Part shown: one piece after another, positions 25,271-37,030 of the stretch
Position numbering within the stretch: the stretch's first letter is position 1
Layout of the letters: each line of letters starts with the position of its first letter
NCBI GenBank assembly: GCA_028534125.1
Contig: CM052827.1
Coordinates: 15,810,001-15,874,000, forward strand
Reading direction: 5' to 3'
From: Lama glama
Lineage: Eukaryota
DNA: 64,000 bases
Made by a program: the position numbers and the translations under genes
The notes under the pieces: model-generated
Databases searched by the model: none
Told to the model about the DNA's origin: nothing
Seen by the model: only the letters and a program-made list of their open reading frames with translations

Positions 25271-25752
25271 AACCCCTCGTGCAGCAGAATCCTCAGGTAA
25301 GCTTAGAAAAAAAAAATCACATGTCTGTGCCATTCCCAGAAGAAGCAAATGAAATGTTGAGGTGCCAGCTGGGTTGGGAGACCCAGGCATTCATGTTTCG
25401 AGAACTAAAAAGTAAGAAAAGGAGGAAGGAGGAAGAGGAGAAGGGGAGAAGAAGAGAAGAAGGAGGAGGGGAATCCTCTTAGCGTCAGTTGTACAGACGC
25501 CTGTGGATGGATGGATAGGGCATGGTCTGGCACTGGAAACATAGGAAGAGAGAGATGGTAGAGGCTTTCATTTCCAGCTCCATTTCGTTTGCTAAGTTAG
25601 CAAGCCTGCCTGAGCTTATAGCTTATGCATACAGCCCATCTGTATTTACTTGGGGCCTCAGAAGGCAAAGTTGTTTTCTCCAGTTCCCTTAGGGCTGGTT
25701 ACAAGCAGCAGAGACACACTAGTTAAGACTGAGGACATAGGCTCAAAGAGGG

Positions 25753-26209
25753 TGTATTGGTTTCCAATTGCTGCTCTAACAAATAATGAATTCAGTGGCT
25801 TACACAAAACACATTTGTGATTCTACAGTTCTACAGATCTGACGCAGATCTCACCTGGCTGAAATCACAGTGTCAGCAGGGCTACATTCCTTTCTGGAGG
25901 CTTTAGGGGATGGTCAATTTGCTTTATTGCCTTTTTCAGCCTCTAGTACCACCCACATCCCTTGGCTTAGGGCCCCTTCCTCCAGCTTCAGGAATGCTCA
26001 GGATTGCTCACATGTCCCATCTCAGATGCTTCTTTTATTGTCATGTCTTTTTCTGACCCAGGGAAGGAAGGTGTTCCTCATATGATTATACCAGGCACCC
26101 CTGGGCAATCCAGGCTAATTTCCTTATCTCAAAGTCTGTACCCTTAATCACAACTGCAAAGTCCCTCGTAGAATCCCCTTTTGGAGGGCCATTACTCAGC
26201 TCACCATCA
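25753..26209 (-). mobile_element. MaLR LTR, MLT1D-like, nested in an older MLT1K/L-like LTR (~25680-26505)
   Basis: tgtattggtttccaattgctgctctaacaaat start; gtgtcagcagggct, ttccttatctcaa..ccttaatcaca..tgcaaagtcc; flanks carry ggttacaagcagcagagac and gattgacagcccc..aatcaggatgctgtt. Confidence 0.8.
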
Positions 26210-26699
26210 AGAGTGACTGGGGAAGAGTCTTCATGGTCTCCAAGTCAGCACGCCATTGACAGTTGTGCATTTGCTCTTCCATTTCTCAACTCACTGAGTC
26301 CAAAATGTGGGACATTGGGCTTCCTTGGCTGAGCCCTGCTTTTGTGTCCACCTTGGGAACCCTGATTGACAGCCCCAACAAGACTGCCAACAACAGGGGA
26401 ACCGCAATTCCCTGCCCCAACAATCAGGATGCTGTTTTGTAAAGAAAGGGATAAGATGGTAGGCAGCTTAAAAAATAATAATAATAAAACACAAATCCAT
26501 GACGTTGGACTGTGTCTCTGTTTCTGGGATGGAGATTCATTCGGCCGGCAGGGAGGAGCACCCAGTAATTAGAACTGAGTCACTGGACCCCCACCGATCA
26601 TGGGAGCCTGAATGCAGATGCAGAATTGGGCTCACATCTTTAGTTCTTTCTGGAAATAGAGGAGGGTGTGTTACTCCACTACCTGTAACGTATACGGAA

Positions 26700-27090
26700 T
26701 TTTTAATCTTCAATGTATATTATTACGACAAGGTATAACAAATTACCTATGGCACACAAAAGCTTATAGGATACCGTTATCCTTAATTAATGGGTAAATG
26801 CATGGCTTTTATTCAATGAAACTGATTTATTGTCTTCATTTTCAGATGTTCTGCCTCACGTTTCCACTGAAACCATCACCGTATACCCACAGTAAGCAGC
26901 AGACACCATGCATGTGTGATCTCCTTTATGACCTGCGCCTAATTAGTTTTTTATTGTCATCTTCCAACTCACGCTTAAACTGTACAAACAGGGGCAGCAT
27001 GACTCCCGATACCGATTAATAAGCCTCCAGCCCTAGTCCTGCAATAAACAGGGAGTATTTATGGCATGAGATCAGCATCCCGTGCCTGCT
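26700..27090. promoter_or_regulatory. Candidate conserved enhancer rich in homeodomain/HOX motifs
   Basis: No recognisable repeat; TTAATTAA 26783, TGATTTAT 26823, TTTATGAC 26925, CTAATTAG 26939, TTTATGGC 27058. Confidence 0.45.
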
Positions 27091-28134
27091 TCTTCTCACT
27101 GGTTCTCCTGGGCGGGGGCGGAGTGTGAAACTCCGAGGGGGCATCGGTGATGGAGACCTGGCCAGCCCCCGCCTCCCTTGTCCTGACTGCCTCTCACCTA
27201 CCTGTCCTTCACTGCCTCTATTAGGCTCGGCTAGTTAAGTGAAAGGGAGAGAAAGGAGCTGAAAGCTGGTGGGTGTTGGAGCTTCGAAGTCCACAGTTCC
27301 CCGCTAATTGCTGGTCCTAACAGGCACAATTAGCTGCTACAAGCCCTTTGAGATGGCCCAGGGCCTTTCTCAGGTAGCAGCCATCACCAGATAAAGGCTG
27401 AAATGTGCTGCGCTTAGAGAGACACTTGCAGACAGGAGTGTCACAGCCTGCCAATTACACTCTCCCTGTACACAGTCACTTCCCAGAGAGACGAAGAACC
27501 CAGAGGAAGACCCAGCATTAAAGGGACAAGGCACGGGCTGCTCTCAGCCCCGGGAGCTGAGCTGTGGCGATGGCGGGCTGGGAGGTGCTTGGCAAATTAA
27601 ACCCTTACTGTTGAGTCCATTAGAAACTCCATCGCATGGACATTTGCTACTTAGATTATCCCCCATCTGCAAACTTCCTGTCCAGCCCACCATCCTGCAC
27701 CTCCCTCCCCCTTTTTGTCTTGTGGAGGGGCAAACAGACAAAAATTGGACAATTCTCTGGAAGATAAAGGCAGATTGATGCTGGGGAAAGAGTGCTTAAT
27801 TAGGAGTCAGGACCCCCCTCCCTACCCCCGAGTTAAACAGCTACCCAGATTCACACTCTTCACAGAGGGATAAGTTCTGAGACACTAAGTAAAGGGAAAC
27901 TCTCATTTCAAGGGTTATTTTGGCTGCAGATGCTATAAATCATCCATAAAGCACAGTCTTTGTGGATTTGTGAAGATAACACCATTCAGTAATTTCTACT
28001 TGTAAATGCCAATGCAATAATAAAGTATACAATAAGGAGTACAAATAAAAATACATTTTTTATCTTAAGTCTCATCAAACAAAAGGAAAGAATTAATGAT
28101 GTATAGAGCTGGATTTCTGCACATTAAAGCACAC

Positions 28135-28250
28135 GCTATGCAATTTTGCTGTGTGATGTTAGGAACACGTCATGTCTTTTCCAGGACTCAGTTTCCCCAT
28201 CTGCAAAGGACAGAGTTAGACAAGAAGGCCTGTGACGTCACTGTCAGGAC
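28135..28250 (+). mobile_element. MIR fragment
   Basis: gctgtgtgatgttagg..actcagtttccccatctgcaaa. Confidence 0.6.
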
Positions 28251-28724
28251 AAAGCACTCCCCGAGTGTGCTGCCACCAGTCTGGGTGGCTCCAGAAGCCC
28301 AGGTTGGCACTCGCTCTTCCTACCAAGACCTCAAAGCCATGCGGTGGGGACAGGGTCCACTCCCACTGCTGCTGTGATACGTCCAGACCTGCCACACACT
28401 CTGTCTGGAGCTGATGGTGGCCACGCACTAGCCACATATGAAGGAGCAGTCTGGGTCTGGTAGAAGTCTGGACGATGAGAAATCCCCCGAGGCCTGAAAT
28501 ATGAGATCGTGTGGGAGCAATTAGCAGGCAACTGAGCAGTTTCAGATGACCGCTGGGGAAAGGGGTCGGTCCCATTAACTCAAGCTTCCTGCCTCATCGC
28601 CTTCCACAGCCAGGTCTACATCAGACTCTGCCGGAGAATATCCCTTCTCCAGATGCTTTTGTCAAGTTCTAAGAAATGGTGGGCCACTGGTGTTCTGAGC
28701 TGGAAAATGAGCATCAGATACCAG

Positions 28725-28820
28725 GAGGCGATTGAAGCCTGGGCTCTGGGCCCATCTCTGCCGTGTCCTTGCAGTGTGACACTGGGCAAGTTGCTTAACC
28801 TTCCTGGGCCTCTCTTCCTT
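28725..28820 (+). mobile_element. MIR fragment
   Basis: gtgtgacactgggcaagttgcttaaccttcctgggcctc. Confidence 0.65.
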
Positions 28821-29237
28821 GATTTTATATGTGACAGGTTTGCGCTTCATTACATTTTTGATTCTTTCTAGCTTTGATATTTGAAGATTCTAAGTTGTCC
28901 TACATGGTTTCCTGCAAGTAATTGTGCTTTCCAATCAGGACAGCAGGGGTCCCCCAGAAGGAAGAAAGTAGGAGGGAGGGAGGGAGGCGGGCATTTATAC
29001 CCTATTAGAGATGGTACATTACACACTGTGGAAAGCAGTGTTCTTGGCAAAGGCATTCCTGACCATCTGCAACCCAAGGTCCAAGTCATAAACGTTCTGC
29101 CTCTACTTCAGAAGGAAAGTCTCCTTTCTCCTCCCCAGATGCCCATTTACTTGGAAAAGGGGGTCTTTTGTTATGGTTGCCACAACTACCAAGCTTCACG
29201 TGCCAGGGCACAGGTGTCGGCAATTCATTGCAGGGGA

Positions 29238-30380
29238 TGATAGTCTTTCAGTGCTGGAATAACTGGAGAGCCATGGAAGGAAAAATGAACCCTGACCCAT
29301 TTCTCATACCATACACCAAAAGCAATTAAAAATGGATCTCCTAAATGTAAGAGTTAAAACGTTTCTGGGAAAAAAAAAATTGTGACCTTGGGCTTGGCAA
29401 AGCTTTCTTAGAGAGTACACGAGAGGCATAAAACATCCAAAACAAAAGACAAATTGGACTTCATCAAAATTGAAAACTTTCTCATTGAAAAATACCATTA
29501 GTAAAATGAAAAGACAAGGATATATAAATAACTCAATGCAACTCAATCAAATAAAACCACGAAACCTGACTAAAAGATGGTCCAAAGATTTTAACGAACA
29601 CTTCAACAAAGAGAATTCTTTGTTGGCAAATAAGGGTATGAGAAGATGTGCAGTATCGTTGGTCATTCAGGAAGTGCCAATTAAAAAAGAGATGTATGCT
29701 CATTTTAAATAGCTAACACTACAACAATTGATAATATCAAATGTTAGTAAAAACTTGGGGAAATGGTAAGTCTCACATACTGAAGATGAGAAAGCAAAAT
29801 GGTTCAACCAATTGAAAGACAATTTGAGAGTTTCTTTTAAGACTAAACATGCATGTTCCTCATGACCCAGAACTTCTGCTCCTAGGTATTTATTTCCCAA
29901 GAGAAATGAAAACATATGCACAGTTAAATACGTGCACACAAGCATTCTTAGAAGCACTATTCATAATAGCCTAACACTGGAAATAACTCAGATATCCATC
30001 CGCTTGCGAGGGTGTACACAAACTGTGGTATATCCATACAACAGAATAGTATTCAGCCATAAATAAAAAAGGAAAAAGTTCTGATACCTGCTACAAAGCA
30101 TTGTGCTATGTGAAAGGAGTCGGACAGGAAACACTGCATTCTATCCGATTCCATTTATTTGAAATTCTCTTGCAACAGAAAGCAGACTAGTGATTGTGCA
30201 GGGCTGGGGATGAGGGTGGTCCTGAAGGCAAAGGTACTCAAGGGGATTTGGGAAGTGATGGAAGTTTTGCAAGTCTTGATTCTGTGGCAGTTGCATTACT
30301 GTCAACCTGTACACAAATTCATGTAACTGTACCTTGAAAGTAGTTAATTTTTATGGTATATCTCAATCAAGCATCCAAAA
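29238..30380 (+). mobile_element. L1 (L1MB/ME-like) ORF2 C-terminus and 3' UTR
   Basis: aaattggacttcatcaaaattgaaaac, catgacccag..ctcctaggtattta, gcactattcataatagcc, aactgtggtatatccatacaa. Confidence 0.9.
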
Positions 30381-31704
30381 CAGTGCATCTGAGTATGACA
30401 AAACTATGTACCTACTTGGGTGCTGGGCACTGGGTCTGTCACGAGGTGCCTGGGCTCCTTACTGAGGTCACCTCACAGTAGCCTTGAGGGACAAGATGCC
30501 TGAACTCTAGGTCTGACAGCATCACAACCAGGGATGCTGGGGTATAAACAGTCTGAGCCTCCCCCAACCTGATGGGTTTCTCTCCGAAAGGCCACTGCCA
30601 TTGCATTCAAAGTTCTTCCATCAAACTCCATGGGAGAGGTGAGAGACTGAGGAGCTGGGGTGCTGGGAGACAAGACAACACGGAACACCGTTTGAACATC
30701 GCCCTTAAATGATCAGACACTTGGGGGTGGGAGGAGAGGGATGGCCGGCAGATGGAGATGGTGATGGTGCTGGATTCAGTGAAGTGGCCATGTCTTTTCT
30801 GGGGACAAGGGCATTAATATGGACTGTTTTGTCCTCCATGTTGTCAGGAGGTGCACTCATATTAACTCGCCAAAATAATTTCAGGCAATTCATTGCACAG
30901 AACGTCTAAGTGAGTAATTTGTGGAAATTGAAGGAAGGGTATCCATCGGGCGCATGAGTCAGAACAGTGCAAAACAGCCAGAAGAGCTGCCAGATGGAGC
31001 CAAAAAAGCCCAGAGGAGGTGACTCACTGTTGTCATGTCCCAGGGCCCCCCAGGGTTGTGCCCAGCATACTGCACACAGGCAGCCTGCAGGCTAACCCAG
31101 GAGGGGCATCATTGCACAGAGAAGACACTTAGAAGCAGAAGAGACTGGAGGACAAGCTCACTCTCCACCTCTGCAGGGCTGACAGGTCCCTTTTCAGCTT
31201 CCATGGGTCCTTCTGCTACCGGCTTCTGCCTCTTTCTGCATCCACACGGTGGAAGTGGGTGGGACCACACTGTAGATGTTCTCCGAGGTCCAGGGCCACC
31301 AGCAGTAAGCCAGAACCTCAGAACCAGATTTCAAATGCAGGAGAAAGACTGTGGCAGGTGCACTGACATTAGGTGCATTCTTCTGATCCAATCCACAGGA
31401 TCCTGGGTTAAAAGCCAGGTCTCTATCCCTCAGCAAAGCCCTCGGGGCATGGACATTGAAGGGAGGCAGAGTTTCCAATAGGTCTTTCCAAGGGGTCTGT
31501 GGGAGCACATCCTTCCCACTCCCAGGCTACAGCCTGTTCACCTGTGCGATGGGACAGGTGACCCAGACTGTCTTCTCCAGCATCCCCTTAAAGCTCCACC
31601 ACCTTGGATTTCTGTGACTCTCCGTGCACCTCCCACCTTGCCCTGGTCTTCATCACGGTGGACACTTCCTGCTAGATTCTACTGTAAAAGCACCGCAGGG
31701 GTGA

Positions 31705-31850
31705 TCACACATGCTGGTCACAACAACCCTGTGAGATATATATCAATTTCCTACATTTTTGTAGGAAAAGCAACAGAGGCATCGAGCTGTGGTGGAGCCA
31801 GGTTTGAACCTGGAATTGTAAGAGCAAGGATGCTCTATTATATTCTCCCC
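31705..31850 (-). mobile_element. MIR fragment
   Basis: tcacaacaaccctgtgagat..gtggtggagccaggtttgaacctgg. Confidence 0.65.
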
Positions 31851-33251
31851 AACCCCCTCCAGCCCAGGAAGCACTTTTAAAATTACAAACGGCTGGGCTG
31901 TTTGTCCAGAGCTTCTGATAAATTTGGTCCAACAGGCATGTGCCTACTGCAAAGTTTCCCCAGGCGCTTCAGAGCCCCAGGCTGGAGGGTTAATGTTGAG
32001 AGTCATGGGGCCAGAGGGCCTCCAATGTCCCTCCCAGCCCCAGGATGCCCTGACACTCTGATCCCATCTTTTGTACAAAGGATGCTTTGCTCATGCTTTG
32101 CAGGGCGGCTCAAATTCCACTTCCCTCTCCCAGTCTCAGAGCCAGATCTAATCACAGGGCCATTTTCCCCTGTCTTTTGTGCCTTACAAAGAATAAAATT
32201 AGCCAAATGGATAAAAGCTTGTTGTAGGCATATGTAGAGCATTTCAAAGTCTATTTATCAAAGGACTGACCACTGCATTTATACCATGGAAGCTCCAAGT
32301 GCACAATGACTCTGTCATTTGATTTTGAGGAAAGAAAAAAAAAATTCAACAAGAGATGCAAAGTCATAGCCGGCAGCTGGAGAGGTTTTGTGCTGGACGT
32401 GGTTTCTCTTTGCAGAGACAGCCACGTTCAATGCCATCCTCCCTTGGGGGCTCTCCTTTCACCCCCAAATACCTGATGGTTAAAGGACAGAACAGTTTAG
32501 CTATGTTACATGTTGCCTTGTCTCCCAACACCCCAGATCTCACTAAGCTGTGTCATTTGACCTCAGTCCAGGAAACACCCATCCCCACCAGATGCCATTC
32601 CCCACTGGTCACCCCTCTGCCGCGCCCTGGGCTCATAATGCCAATGTGGAATTTCCGTCTGCACCCACCCCCACACACCCGCACACACAGGCAGCCCTGG
32701 GGCCATATTCCCCTTCTATGCATTATGTCTGGCTACCCAAAGCTGCCGGGCAGCTCCCGCATCTGTCAGTCTGGTAGAGCACCTCCATCCTGGGGAACGT
32801 TGGCTGGCTCATGTAGAAACACAGCCCCTGCAGCTCAGGGGACCTCAGGGAGGACATGGCCAGGATGGTCCCCTATAGGACAGCACCCACCTCCTGAGTG
32901 CTGCTTTGCCAATGCTTTGGTACTTGACCAGATACCTCGAAACCAGCTAGACTTTGAAGATAGTCATATTCAGAAATGGATGTCTTTGACGGGGGATATT
33001 GAGAGCAGTGATCCACAGTACGTATCAGCTGTGTCCCTTCCTTATGTCAGTCTTCACATTTTCCCGATACGGGAATTTACATACACACACAGACACACAT
33101 ATATACTAGGTGAGGATGTCATACTGTACCTTTCCTCCCCCAAAGCCAATTCAACAAGCCTTCACGTTCAATCTGGAAGTAGGGCTGAATGCTGGCCGTG
33201 TGCCAGGAAGTGAAGCACGTACAAGGAACGTGTGAGACATGATTTCTGCCT

Positions 33252-33651
33252 TGTGGCAGCCCAGAAGCTGTGCTCAGACTTGAGAGACGCCGGCCATGGC
33301 AGCCAGCAGCCCCGCCCCCACTGCTTCCAGGAAATGGCCGAGCGCAGAAAATCTTCCACCCCCACCCTGAACCATCCTTCCGCTCTTGAAAAGTCCCCAA
33401 ACCAAGGATTGCCAGATACACCTCCAGGCCAGTTAGAAAGTCTCCCCAGCTTCCCCAAACCCCGCCTTGATAAGCCTTTGCCAACCAGAGACTGTCTCAA
33501 TGTCTCCTCTTTTTAACTCCATGAAATATTTTCTCCTTTTCTAATGCCCTTGAACCTCTGCCTAGGAAAGTGACCAGATGGGTTCCCTTGCCGTACAGTT
33601 ACGAATAAACAGACGGTTAATTTTGTCTCAGACTTAGTTTTGTCTTTGTCA
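33252..33651 (+). mobile_element. Probable ERVL-type solo LTR (MER54/MER74-like group) inserted in an antisense L2
   Basis: TGTGGCAGCC...GTCA termini, AATAAA at 33604, gatgggttcccttgcc word; L2-like text on both sides. Confidence 0.5.
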
Positions 33652-34244
33652 GGCTTAACTTACAAGTGATACAACCAGAGCAGTAGTGGTCCATATGGAA
33701 TCGGGTCCTGGAGGTGCTGGGAGACGGGCGGGAGAAGATGGTCTGGGGCAGTCCAGAGAGGATTCCCAGAGGAAGTCAGACTTGAAGGAGGCCTTGCAGG
33801 AGGAGCTGAGCAGACCAGCAGAGAGGGCCATGAAAAAAAGAATGGACTAGAAGGAATAGCAGAGGCTGTTTTTGTGGAAAAGAGCCGTGGAGAGAGGTGG
33901 ATGAGGACAGTGCTTCATCCCTTCCCCTGGGGTGTAGGCGTCTGAAACATAAACCCCAAACCAGGAGGATTCACAAGCAATTCATCAAGATGTTGGGAGG
34001 GACAGGGAACTAGAGGACCAAGTGCTTACGTAACACTGTGAAAGTCCTTATGTTGAATATTTCTGGTGTATCTAGATAAAGTCATGACAACTGCATTTTG
34101 CCCATCTTCAGCCAGCGATAACAGGTGCTGGACACACCTCGCTATTTACATGCTTCACTCTCCGGGATGCTTCCTGGATGTCCAGTCTGTCAATCATCAG
34201 GAAGATGCTTGCATGTGTTTCATGTTGCTTTGCTGTAAGTAATA

Positions 34245-34395
34245 CACATCCATCCAATCAATCAATTAATCAATCAATGCATATTGAGTCCTCACCACGT
34301 GCTAAGCCCTGCTCTAGGCCTGGCAATAGGGCAGTGGGGAAAAAAAGGACCCTGTTCACATGGAAATGAAATTCCAGTGGGGGAGATAGACACCT
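34245..34395 (-). mobile_element. L2 3' end
   Basis: catccatccaatcaatcaattaatcaatcaatgcatattgagtcc..ccctgctctaggccctgg. Confidence 0.75.
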
Positions 34396-34724
34396 GCTCA
34401 TCGCTGTTCCCTTCCAGCTTCCTCGATTCTTCCAATGCCTCTGGCAGGATGTTTCACTCTAGCTGGGTCTCAGCCAAGTGCTTCTGTGGTCTCACATGCA
34501 CAGGTCCACAAAGTGGCACATCACTGATCTGTTCCTCCCTGGAGAGAACCCGGGTCTGTGGGTGTGGCCATGGCTGTGGGCTTGTAGAAAAGAGAATGGG
34601 TAGAGAGGTCTAGGAGGTGGAGCTTGGAGATGAATTAGGTATGGAATTCACAATACAGTGCAAGGACTTGTAAATTTAAAGAAAGATTCAGAAAACACCA
34701 CATCAGACACTCTCAAGAGGCGGC

Positions 34725-37030
34725 AATCCATCCATTTAGCAAACATTTAGTAAGAGCTGCTATGTGACCAGTGCGATGCTGGGTGCTGGGACCTGGGAAA
34801 GCAAGAGTAAGCAAGCTAGGTGAGGTCTTTGACCATCTTGCTTCCAGTGATGGAGACAACTTAGCAAGCAATCACACAAAAGGGTGATGAATGCCTGGAC
34901 GGAGGAAAAGCCGTGCTAGAGAAACATTCCACAAGGCACCTAACTTGATCTGAGTGAGGAAGGTTGGGTGAGGCTCTGGACAAAGAAGGGAACTTTAAAT
35001 CCAAGTCTGAAGATTGAGGAGGAGTAAGCTAAGTGAAGCACGTACAGGGAGAACCTCACATACCTTGTATATTTGAGAATCTGCAAGAAACTCCTTGTAA
35101 CCATCAGAATTCTCAATCGCAAACACCAAAAACCAACTCTGGATAACTTCAGAGGAAAAGGAGTTTATTGGAAGAGTGTTAGATAGCTTATCAAAGGATT
35201 GGAGGGTTGAGCTATCAGGCAGCAGCCAAAGGAAGCTGGACTGCTGAGAACCTAGTCAAGATTATCCCACAGGTAAGTTCACGAGGACACTGACCCCTGG
35301 GTCACCATCATTGGACACCTGACTGGCCGATCTGAATCACATGATCTCACGTAATGTGACAAAGAGCAGAGAAAGGAAATATTCCCTTCCCTCTGGGTGT
35401 AGATTCACACTGGGGATTTCCCCTAATCACAGTTGACTAGTCAGATGCTGGAGACCGATACATGACAAATGCCCGCTAAACTCTGGGTGGCAGGAGCATC
35501 ACGTATCAAGGAAGAAATGGAGATGTCTCACTGGCAATTTCAGCAGACACCAGTAAGTTAAGGTCTTTGAAATAAGGTTAGGGAGTTTGACCCTTCCCCT
35601 CAGAGTGCTGGAAAACCATCCATGGACATTCAGTGGGGGTGGCAGTAGCGGTGGTGGCGGCAGTGACAGGAACACAGGGAGCCCTCCTCCTGCTGCAGTG
35701 TGGAGCATGGCTGGAGGGTGAATGGCTGGAGGGCAGAGAACACTTGATAGGCAAGTGCAGCCACCCCGGGGAGGGGCAGCCGTGGTCTGAGTTAGAGCAA
35801 TGGCGGTGGAGCTGGAGACATGCCGGGGATCTGATGGGTATTTTGGAAATAAGATCTGTGTGAGGGAGACGAAAGGCTTAGAAATGACCCCCAGGCCACT
35901 GGTTTGCACTACAGGGCGCTCAGTGTTACACCTCACGGATTCAGAGACTCCTAAAGATTTACAGCTTGGGAGATGATGGGGGTGGACAGAGTCAGGTGCC
36001 CGTGAGGCATCTGAAGGTCATTTCCCAGTGGGGATCTAAAGAAAGGACTGGGCTGGAGAGGACAAGCAGGGGTCAGCAGGCAGGAAACAGTGAGGTCAAG
36101 GTCCTGGAGGACATCATACTTAACACAGCTGGCGGAAGAGGCGTTAAGGAGGACCTGCCCCAAGGTGGGGTGTGAAGGCTGATGGAGTCGTGTTAGAAGA
36201 GAGCACAGCGAGCACACAGAGGCGAGGCGGCAGGAGTGGAAAGTCGTCCTCTGGATCCAGAGACAGGAAGTGTGTGGTGTCAAGAGCTTAGTGAAGAGAA
36301 GCAGGGAGAGTTGTGTGGATTTAGGAGGAAGAAAGATCAGCTGTGATTTGCTCTCCCACCCAAGGAATCCGGCAGCAGGGGTGAGTTTCTGGAGGACAGT
36401 AGCTGGGGGTGGATGTGAGGCTGAGAAAGAATTCCTTCCCAAATATGAGAGCACATTTAAATAGTGGGAACGATGCAGGATAACCTCCACTTTTTTTCTG
36501 CTCGTGACAAGCCAGCCGCTATTTCAAGTGTTTTATATGCATTCACTCTTTTAATCTTTAAAACAGGCACATTATGGGGGAACTTGCATCATCTCCATTT
36601 TGCAGAGGAGGACCCGAGGCGCAGGGAGGTTGGGTGCAATCCTCAAGGTCACAACGCCAGGCTGTCTGGCTTCAAGATGGGATGTTTCAACATTGTGCAA
36701 GAAACACCCGACAAGGGAGAGAGACATCTGAGATGGAGCAGAGAGTGGAGATTCTCGGGGCCCCAGAGGAGGCCAAGAGACAGGACCCAGTGTACAGACG
36801 GAAGGCTTAGCTTGGGCAGAGGGACCCCTCTTTTTCCTGACGTGGGAGGAGAGACAAAAAGATGAGCTTTGATGTGAGTGGGGCAGCGGGTGTGGTGACA
36901 GGGCTTCGGGCACAGATCAGCTGATGGCGTCTGTCCTTAAAGAAAGAGATCTGATCATCTGCTGAGAAGGAGGGGCAAGATGAGGAGGTGGTTCAAGAAT
37001 CTGAAGAGGACAGAGTCCAGGACTGTTGCC
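34725..37030 (-). mobile_element. Long L2 fossil interrupted by an MLT1K/L-like LTR (~35095-35480) and a MIR (~36500-36690)
   Basis: catccatttagcaaacatttagtaag 3' end; taaggttagggagtttgacc, ggaaaaccatccatgg, caggtgcccgtgaggcatct, gggctggagaggaca antisense L2 words. Confidence 0.75.

Noticed and set aside
27855-28090. Possible Tigger-like DNA transposon fragment
   Set aside because: Similarity too vague to support without a consensus alignment
32356-33213. Longest ORF (285 aa)
   Set aside because: No recognisable domain, P/S/G/H-rich composition typical of GC-rich non-coding DNA, runs through a CA-rich tract and ends in repeat-derived sequence
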